Source: Chitinophagia bacterium
GTDB lineage: Bacteria > Bacteroidota > Bacteroidia > Chitinophagales > Chitinophagaceae
Direction: 5' to 3'
Assembly: GCA_009928005.1 (NCBI GenBank)
Contig: RFVO01000001.1
Location: forward strand, 2,708-66,707
DNA length: 64,000 nucleotides
Below, one piece after another: positions 57,943 through 64,000 of the stretch (positions are counted from its first letter, which is position 1; each line of letters begins with the position of its first letter). Below the pieces are notes generated by a model. The model did no database searches. It had not been told where the DNA came from and worked only from the letters and a program-made list of their open reading frames with translations. A program made the translations under genes and the position numbers.

Positions 57943-59766
57943 TTATTTCACTTCTTGCATTTCAATCAGTTTGCGGTAGTATCCGTTCTGTGCAATGAGT
58001 GCATCATGATTACCTCTTTCAACTATATCCCCTTTCTGTAGCACAATAATTTCATCTGCATGTCTTATAGTAGATAATCGGTGTGCAATCACAATAGATG
58101 TTCTATTTTGCATCATATTATTAATAGCTTCTTGTACTAACTTCTCACTTTCGGTATCTAGTGCAGAAGTAGCTTCATCCAAAATTAAAATAGGAGGGTT
58201 TTTTAAAACTGCTCTTGCAATGGTTAAGCGTTGACGTTCTCCGCCACTTAGTTTACTACCTCTATCTCCAATCATACTTTGGAAGCCTCCATCTTTTTTA
58301 ATGATAAACTCATAGGCATTCGCAATTTTCGCAGCTTCTATAATTTCAGCATCCGTGGCGCCTGGTTTACCTAATGCAATATTAGCAGCAATGGTATCAT
58401 TAAATAAAATAGGCTCCTGTGTTACAATGCTTATTAAATTTCTTAAACTATGTAAACTATATTCTTTAATATTTTTTCCATCTAAATATAAATTACCCAT
58501 ACTTACATCATGAAAGCGAGGCACTAAATCGGCTAAGGTGCTCTTACCTGCCCCAGAGGATCCTACCAAGGCTACCGATTTTCCTTTTTGAATAGTCAGG
58601 TTTATATTTTTTAATATGGATGTTTCCTGATATAAAAATTCTACATTCTTAAATTCTATAGACTCTTTAAACTCACTAATTTCAATAGGCTCATTAGGCT
58701 CTTCTACTGTTAAAGGGGCTTCTAAAATTTCATTTAATCTATCTAAAGTAGCGTTACCTCTAGTTACATTGTAAGCTGCTTGAGACAATGCTTTGGCAGG
58801 GTTAATAATTTGGGAAAACAAAGCAACATAGGCAATAAAAGAACCCCCATTTAATATCTCACCACTTAAAACCAATTGACCTCCAAACCATAAAACTCCG
58901 CATAATATAATAACCCCTAGGGTTTCAGAAATTGGAGAGGCTAAATCGCGTCGGTTTAAAATTTTATTTTTGATATGAAAAATTTCATCCACTAATCCAA
59001 AAAATTGTTTTTTTACTCTACCTTCTGCATTAAAGGCTTTGATAATTCTTAAGCCAGTTAAAGTTTCTTCCATCTGAGATAATATTTCACCCCATTTTAT
59101 TTGAGCTTTATTGGTATTTTTTTTCAAACTTCTACCAATGCGCCCAACTATTAAACCAGCAAGAGGTAACAATATAAAAACAAAAAAAGTAAGTTTTATG
59201 CTTATTATAAATAAGAAAATAAGTATGCCTATGATGTTTAAAGGTTCTTTAATGAGCCCTTCTAAAGCGCCAATCACTGAAGTCTCTAGTTCTGTAATAT
59301 CGTTCGAGGACCTGCTTAATATATCTCCTTTGCGTTGTTCTGTAAAATAGCCAATTGGTAATTGTAATATTTTTTCATACAACAGTCTGGAGTATTTACG
59401 TGTTACTCCATTTCTAATAGGGGCTAAAAAATAATAAGATAAATAAAGAAATAGGTTCTTTAAGAAAATGGTAATTACAATTGCTAAGCAAATCCAACCT
59501 AGGGCAGTTACTTTTCCATGCTCGGCTATACTTTTTTGTAAAAAGCCATAAATAATTTCTTTAATATTCGCAGACCCGCTCGCTGCGGTGGTGGTTTTAA
59601 TAACTCCCGTTAATTCATTACTACCAAATATAAGGTCCATAAAGGGCATGAGCATACCCAAGGAAAACAAGCCAAAGACGATAGATAAGGTAATAAATAG
59701 GCTATACCAAGCCATATAGGCCTTGTATTCTCTGATATAACTTATGATGCGAATAAATTTCTTCAT
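57943..59766 (-). CDS. ABC transporter, fused permease/ATPase (MsbA-like exporter)
   Basis: Six TM helices, Walker A GSSGAGKSTL, signature LSGGERQRL and Walker B ILILDEATSALD. I place the start at the ATG at 59764-59766 (MKKFIRIISY). The ORF-track extension to 59823 is rejected. Confidence 0.93.
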   Translation of the reverse strand: MKKFIRIISYIREYKAYMAWYSLFITLSIVFGLFSLGMLMPFMDLIFGSNELTGVIKTTTAASGSANIKEIIYGFLQKSIAEHGKVTALGWICLAIVITIFLKNLFLYLSYYFLAPIRNGVTRKYSRLLYEKILQLPIGYFTEQRKGDILSRSSNDITELETSVIGALEGLIKEPLNIIGILIFLFIISIKLTFFVFILLPLAGLIVGRIGRSLKKNTNKAQIKWGEILSQMEETLTGLRIIKAFNAEGRVKKQFFGLVDEIFHIKNKILNRRDLASPISETLGVIILCGVLWFGGQLVLSGEILNGGSFIAYVALFSQIINPAKALSQAAYNVTRGNATLDRLNEILEAPLTVEEPNEPIEISEFKESIEFKNVEFLYQETSILKNINLTIQKGKSVALVGSSGAGKSTLADLVPRFHDVSMGNLYLDGKNIKEYSLHSLRNLISIVTQEPILFNDTIAANIALGKPGATDAEIIEAAKIANAYEFIIKKDGGFQSMIGDRGSKLSGGERQRLTIARAVLKNPPILILDEATSALDTESEKLVQEAINNMMQNRTSIVIAHRLSTIRHADEIIVLQKGDIVERGNHDALIAQNGYYRKLIEMQEVK

Positions 59767-59769
59767 ATT

Positions 59770-59777
59770 CAAAATTA
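59770..59777 (-). promoter_or_regulatory. candidate -7 box (TAATTTTG on the minus strand) 3 nt from the ABC exporter ATG
   Basis: The minus strand reads TAATTTTG-AAT-ATG. Confidence 0.4.
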
Positions 59778-59834
59778 TTCCCGCAGAATAATCAGCAAAG
59801 TAACTAATTTTACAGCGAATCAACGATTTTGATT

Positions 59835-60179
59835 ATGGAGGAAGGAAAAAGACAAAAACAGGTGGCCGGGGCTATTCAGAGCGCCCTTAACGATATTTTT
59901 TTAAAATTAGGGCTTACTAATTTGCAGGGAGGGATGATTTCCATTTCTTCAGTAAAAGTGACCCCTGATTTATTGGAGGCTAGAATTTATTTGAGTTTAT
60001 TTCAGGTAAAGGATACTGAAGCTTCTTTTAAGAAAATTCAATCACAGGCATGGGAAATCAAGAAGCACCTTTCTGATACCATGAAGCATCAATTAAGACG
60101 TATACCTGTATTGCAATTTTACTTAGATGATACCTTAGATTATGTTTTTAAAATGGATGAGATTCTAAAAAATTTATAA
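59835..60179 (+). CDS. rbfA: ribosome-binding factor A
   Basis: MEEGKRQKQVAGAIQSALNDIF... is RbfA-like. I use the ATG at 59835; the ORF-track start is a TTG at 59829. Confidence 0.88.
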   Translation: MEEGKRQKQVAGAIQSALNDIFLKLGLTNLQGGMISISSVKVTPDLLEARIYLSLFQVKDTEASFKKIQSQAWEIKKHLSDTMKHQLRRIPVLQFYLDDTLDYVFKMDEILKNL

Positions 60180-61394
60180 GTGCATTTTTTATTTGCATGG
60201 CGTTATTTTAGAGGTAAATATAATTTTCAAGCAATTCAAATAATTGCATGGGTAAGTGTTGTGGCCATTGCGGTAGGTACTGCAGCTCTGATTATTGTAC
60301 TAAGTGTTTCCAATGGGTTTACAGAAGTCGTTAAAGGCTTGTATGCCGATTTTTATGCCGATGTACGTGTTACGCCTGTGCAGGGTAAATTTTTTACTAT
60401 GCAAGATGCGCAGTACGAAAAAATAAAATCTATCGAAGGTGTGAGGGCAGTAAGTAAAGTGGTGGAAAGCAGGGCCTTGCTTGTAAAAGGCGATTTGCAA
60501 TCTGTGGTACTTGTAAAAGGAGTAGACAGGAATTACAGCAAAATTAATAACATAGCTAAGTATATGAAGCGAGGCCAATATATAATGGGCAATAAGGAAA
60601 ATCCCATTTTGTTATTAGGCATAGGAGTTGAACAAAAGCTAGGCTTGTTTCGTTCCTTTATTGGCGATACATTACAACTCTATGCTGTCAATAGATCAGG
60701 CAAGACTTTTACCGATATTAATCAATTAAATAATTTAACAGCTGTACAAGGCGGTGCATTTTCTGTACAACAAGAATTTGACGACCAGTATGTTTTTACC
60801 AATTATTCATTTGCTCAGTATTTATTTGACTTAGACACTAATCAGTATTCTGCTATTGAAATTGCTGTTATGTCTAATAAACAAGAGCAAGCGATAGGAG
60901 AAATAAAAAAACAATTAGGCCCCGGTTTGCAAGTAAAAGATAAGTACCAACAAAATGCCGATTTATATAAAATTATGCAAATGGAAAAGTGGATCATTTT
61001 TGCCATACTTGCTTTAATTATGATTGTAGCTTCTTTTAATTTAGTAGGCGCCTTAACTATGCTCGTTTTAGAAAAACAGAAAGATATTCATGTACTTCAT
61101 GCCATGGGGGCAAGACCTTGGGATATTCAAAAAATATTTTTAATGCTATCGGGCATCATGGCCTTTATGGGTGCCTTTATTGGCGGGAGCTTAGCAAGTT
61201 TATTTTGCTTTGTACAAAATAAATTTCATTTTATAAAACTGGGAGGCAATTCTTTTGTAATTGATTATTATCCAGTAAAACCCATGGTAGAAGATTATAT
61301 AGCCATTATACTTTTAGTAATAGTAATTGCCATTGCAGCAGGTTGGATTCCAGCTCGCAAAGCCTCGGCTCGTCTGTTCGAAAAAATTAATTAA
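60180..61394 (+). CDS. FtsX-like permease, LolC/LolE-type
   Basis: FAWRYFRGK N-terminus, a periplasmic domain, and a C-terminal FtsX module ending IPARKASA. The GTG start directly abuts the rbfA stop. Confidence 0.85.
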   Translation: MHFLFAWRYFRGKYNFQAIQIIAWVSVVAIAVGTAALIIVLSVSNGFTEVVKGLYADFYADVRVTPVQGKFFTMQDAQYEKIKSIEGVRAVSKVVESRALLVKGDLQSVVLVKGVDRNYSKINNIAKYMKRGQYIMGNKENPILLLGIGVEQKLGLFRSFIGDTLQLYAVNRSGKTFTDINQLNNLTAVQGGAFSVQQEFDDQYVFTNYSFAQYLFDLDTNQYSAIEIAVMSNKQEQAIGEIKKQLGPGLQVKDKYQQNADLYKIMQMEKWIIFAILALIMIVASFNLVGALTMLVLEKQKDIHVLHAMGARPWDIQKIFLMLSGIMAFMGAFIGGSLASLFCFVQNKFHFIKLGGNSFVIDYYPVKPMVEDYIAIILLVIVIAIAAGWIPARKASARLFEKIN

Positions 61395-61445
61395 AAAAAT
61401 AAGAGAGAGAGATTTATTCTAAGATTTATATTTTTTAAAATCTTA
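61393..61445. repeat. copy 1 of a ~52-bp direct repeat containing a short hairpin (TAAGATTT/AAATCTTA)
   Basis: aaaaaaataagagagagagatttattctaagatttatattttttaaaatctta. It is near-identical to 61498-61549, differing by one indel/substitution. Confidence 0.85.
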
Positions 61446-61457
61446 CTAAAAAAATGA

Positions 61458-61485
61458 CAAGATAAATTATACTTAATTTATCTTG
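61458..61485. other. perfect 12-bp-stem hairpin CAAGATAAATTA-tact-TAATTTATCTTG between the two repeat copies
   Basis: Read directly from the sequence. Confidence 0.8.
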
Positions 61486-61497
61486 ATGGGAGATGCT

Positions 61498-61557
61498 AAA
61501 AAAATAAGAAGAGAGATTTATTCTAAGATTTATATTTTTTAAAATCTTAGAATAAAT
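61498..61557. repeat. copy 2 of the direct repeat, here completing a perfect 16-bp hairpin (61516-61531 / 61542-61557) that abuts the transketolase stop
   Basis: ATTTATTCTAAGATTT-atatttttta-AAATCTTAGAATAAAT. Confidence 0.85.
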
Positions 61558-62402
61558 TAATAATCGCCAAGGGTTTCTTCTAATTGTCCTAATGCTTTCG
61601 CCAATTGCTCATCGTTAGGTGCAATTCCATGCCATTCGTGGCTGCCTTCCATAAAGTCAACACCCTTACCCATTTCAGTTTTCATTAAAATACAAATAGG
61701 TTTGCCTTGCCCTGTTAGAGATTTGGCTTTATCAAGTGTAGCGACAATATTTTCCATATCATGTCCGCTCATGTGTAAAACGTTCCAATGAAAAGCTTTG
61801 AATTTTTCTTCCAAACTATCTAAGGATAATACTTTACTTAAAGGGCCATCAATTTGTTGTCCATTCACATCCACCGTAGCAATTAAGTTGTCCACTTTAT
61901 TATGTGCAGCAAACATCACTGCTTCCCAAATTTGTCCTTCTTGTAATTCACCATCACCATGAAGGCTATAAATAGTTCTATTGTCTTTATTGTATTTTTT
62001 AGTTAAAGCGGCACCAATAGCAACGCTTAAACCTTGTCCCAAAGAACCACTGGCAATTCTTATGCCTGGTAAATTTTCATGTGTAGTTGGGTGACCTTGT
62101 AATCTTGAATTAATTTTTCTAAAACTAGCTAATTCTTTTACATCAAAATAACCAGACCTTGCTAATACTGAATAAAATACTGGAGAGATATGACCATTTG
62201 ATAAAAAGAAAAGATCTTCGTTGATACCATCCATTGAAAAATTAGTATCAATTTTCATGACTTTAAAATAAAGCGCTGTTAAGAAATCGGCACAACCTAA
62301 TGAACCACCTGGGTGGCCACTTTGTTGAGCATGTACCATTCTTACAATATCTCTTCTAATTTGAGAGGCAATCTTTGTTAATTCTGCTGTTGATTTATTC
62401 AT
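61557..62402 (-). CDS. transketolase, N-terminal (TPP-binding) subunit of a split enzyme
   Basis: SGHPGGSLGCADF and HGDGELQEGQIWEA. The protein is only 281 aa, and no C-terminal-half gene follows it. Confidence 0.9.
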   Translation of the reverse strand: MNKSTAELTKIASQIRRDIVRMVHAQQSGHPGGSLGCADFLTALYFKVMKIDTNFSMDGINEDLFFLSNGHISPVFYSVLARSGYFDVKELASFRKINSRLQGHPTTHENLPGIRIASGSLGQGLSVAIGAALTKKYNKDNRTIYSLHGDGELQEGQIWEAVMFAAHNKVDNLIATVDVNGQQIDGPLSKVLSLDSLEEKFKAFHWNVLHMSGHDMENIVATLDKAKSLTGQGKPICILMKTEMGKGVDFMEGSHEWHGIAPNDEQLAKALGQLEETLGDY

Positions 62403-62419
62403 AGCTATTCAGTTGAGGG

Positions 62420-62427
62420 CAAAGATA
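62420..62427 (-). promoter_or_regulatory. candidate -7 box (TATCTTTG on the minus strand) for the transketolase gene
   Basis: Exact TAnnTTTG, 17 nt upstream of the ATG at 62400-62402. Confidence 0.45.
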
Positions 62428-62505
62428 GAATTCATAGGCTAATTTGTGCCTAAAAATTTTAGAAAATGCCCAAAAAAAGACTTATCAACAATAGCTAGGA
62501 TTTAT

Positions 62506-62513
62506 TAGCTTTG
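62506..62513 (+). promoter_or_regulatory. candidate -7 box (TAGCTTTG) for frr
   Basis: Exact TAnnTTTG, 18 nt upstream of the ATG at 62532. Confidence 0.45.
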
Positions 62514-62531
62514 TAGCCTTAATGAATTAGT

Positions 62532-63095
62532 ATGTCAGAAGAATTAAAAAAAGTAACAGCTAGTGCCGAAGCAGGGATGAAAAAGGCCATTAATCACTTA
62601 GAAATAGAGATTTCTAAAATTAGAGCGGGCAAGGCCTCACCCTCTATTTTAGAGGGTATCAATGTCGATTATTATGGAACACCCACACCCATTAGTCAAG
62701 TGGGAAATGTACAGGTTTTGGATAGCAGAACGCTTAGTATTCAACCCTGGGAAAAAAATATGTTAGCTTTAATTGAAAGAGCCATCATGGCTGCTAATAT
62801 TGGTATTACACCACAGAATGATGGAGTTCAAATTCGATTGTTTACTCCGCCCTTAACTGAAGAGAGGAGAAAAGAATTATTTAAAAAAGCAAGTGCTGAA
62901 GGAGAAGTAAGTAAGGTTTCTATTCGTAATATAAGACGCGATCATATTGAGCAAGTAAAGAAATTACAAAAAGAAGGCTTGAGTGAAGATATTTGTAAAG
63001 GAGCTGAAGAAGAAATTCAATCAATTACCGATAAGCATATTGCCCTAGTAGAAAAACATTTAGAATCAAAGGAAAAAGAAATAATGACCGTTTAA
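62532..63095 (+). CDS. frr: ribosome recycling factor
   Basis: 187 aa. IRAGKASPSILEGINVDYYGTPTPISQVGNV and PPLTEERRKEL. Confidence 0.96.
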   Translation: MSEELKKVTASAEAGMKKAINHLEIEISKIRAGKASPSILEGINVDYYGTPTPISQVGNVQVLDSRTLSIQPWEKNMLALIERAIMAANIGITPQNDGVQIRLFTPPLTEERRKELFKKASAEGEVSKVSIRNIRRDHIEQVKKLQKEGLSEDICKGAEEEIQSITDKHIALVEKHLESKEKEIMTV

Positions 63096-63140
63096 TAACT
63101 GTCATATGTCTTAAGCTTTATAATTTAATAAGCCCTAGCA

Positions 63141-64000
63141 TTAACTACGTTGGGGCTTATTTACTATATACACTCCTGCTAATATTATAAATAAACTAGC
63201 TATTTGTAATAAAGAAATAGACTCGCCAAAATACACACCCCATGCAACAGCTATAATAGGAATGCCATAGGTTACCATGGAAGCAAAAACAATGCTAGAC
63301 CTTTTAATAAGTATATAAAATAAAATAGAGGCAATAGAAGTACCAACCACACCTAAAACAATTCCCGCAATGGTAGCTTTTTGAAAAGCAATTTCTTGAA
63401 AGGGCATACTAAAATAACCAGTTAAGTATAGAATAAGTGTACTTGGAATAATTAAAAAAGCAAAGGCTACAGATACAATATCAATAGCGCGAATATTTTT
63501 TAAATACTTACCAACCAAATTTACATTCAAGCCATAAAAAAAAGTGGCTACTAAAACTAAGGAGGCAAAAGATAGATTTTGAAAACTTATATTTTTGCCC
63601 GCTGCAAAAAGTAAACAAAGCCCTACAAAGCCAATTATAACGCCTAGTATTTTTTGAAAATTTGCAGGCGTTTTGAAAAGAAATAAACCCACTAGTATTG
63701 TAAATAAAGGCGTGAGTGAATTTAAAATACCTGCTAAAGAACTATCGATATTGGTTTCTGCAATACAAAATAGGTAGGCTGGAATAAAATTTCCTATAAA
63801 ACCTGATAAAAAGACTATACCCATTTTTTGGGAGGGAATTTTTTTAAAAGCGCTAACAGCAAAGGGTAATAAAACGAGTCCTGAAGATAACATTCTTAAA
63901 GAGGCTACCTGATAGGCTGAAAGGGCAGTGAGCCCCTCTTTCATAAGGACAAAGGAACTGCCCCAAATGATGGAAAGAATAGAAAAAATAGCTAGATTCA
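63141..64000 (-). CDS. EamA/DMT-family transporter (5' end beyond the window)
   Basis: 10-TM-type hydrophobic protein. The frame stays open upstream of the ORF-track Met at 63944 (...NLAIFSILSIIWGSSFVLMKEGL), which looks like an EamA N-terminus, so the true start lies past 64000. Confidence 0.8.
   Translation of the reverse strand, partial: NLAIFSILSIIWGSSFVLMKEGLTALSAYQVASLRMLSSGLVLLPFAVSAFKKIPSQKMGIVFLSGFIGNFIPAYLFCIAETNIDSSLAGILNSLTPLFTILVGLFLFKTPANFQKILGVIIGFVGLCLLFAAGKNISFQNLSFASLVLVATFFYGLNVNLVGKYLKNIRAIDIVSVAFAFLIIPSTLILYLTGYFSMPFQEIAFQKATIAGIVLGVVGTSIASILFYILIKRSSIVFASMVTYGIPIIAVAWGVYFGESISLLQIASLFIILAGVYIVNKPQRS

Noticed and set aside
61393-61557. Considered whether the repeated units form a mini CRISPR array or a MITE
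   Set aside because: There are only two copies, no cas genes, and the spacer between them is itself a palindrome. No terminal inverted repeats with target-site duplication are recognisable. It is kept as a repeat finding only.

Overview
AT-rich, very gene-dense 64-kb chromosomal core region with about 63 CDS. I found no rRNA or tRNA genes, no transposase or integrase, and no CRISPR array. The source is a member of the Bacteroidota. Evidence: gliding-motility gldF/gldG, an ExbB-ExbD-ExbD-TonB block, long-form S16, a DksA-like gene directly after ileS, no Shine-Dalgarno sequences, and recurrent TAnnTTTG -7 promoter boxes. The proteins look Chitinophagia/Sphingobacteriia-like, but I cannot assign a genus. 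The centre of the window is a complete 14-gene NADH:quinone oxidoreductase operon, nuoA-N (18971-32104). The left flank holds trmD (partial), an S4/Hsp15-like protein, an M20 dipeptidase, a CDF transporter, a Tat-signal Fe/Mn SOD, LptF/G, ffh-rpsP-rimM, a 1-Cys peroxiredoxin, an rlmN plus two pseudouridine synthase operon, and hisS. The right flank holds an FtsX permease, a large Zn-metalloprotease, exbB-exbD-exbD-tonB, mnmE, acpP-fabF-rnc, iscS-iscU-iscA, a fused gldF-gldG, terC, lspA, ileS, a DksA-like gene, an MsbA-like ABC exporter, rbfA, a lolE-like gene, a transketolase N-half, frr and a partial EamA transporter. I do not see a convincing new multi-gene system such as defence, secretion, a biosynthetic cluster or a mobile island. 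The window is housekeeping. The most unusual items are: (1) a DksA/TraR protein with a ~165-aa histone-H1-like (KKAAP)n N-terminal domain; (2) -7 boxes only 3-7 nt from the ATG of five genes, implying leaderless mRNAs and correcting several ORF-track starts; (3) a 7-1-7 palindrome over the peroxiredoxin promoter; (4) a single-polypeptide GldF-GldG; (5) an outer-membrane barrel with a CopB-like Met/His motif; (6) a duplicated hairpin module next to an orphan transketolase half; (7) four convergent gene pairs with essentially no spacer.
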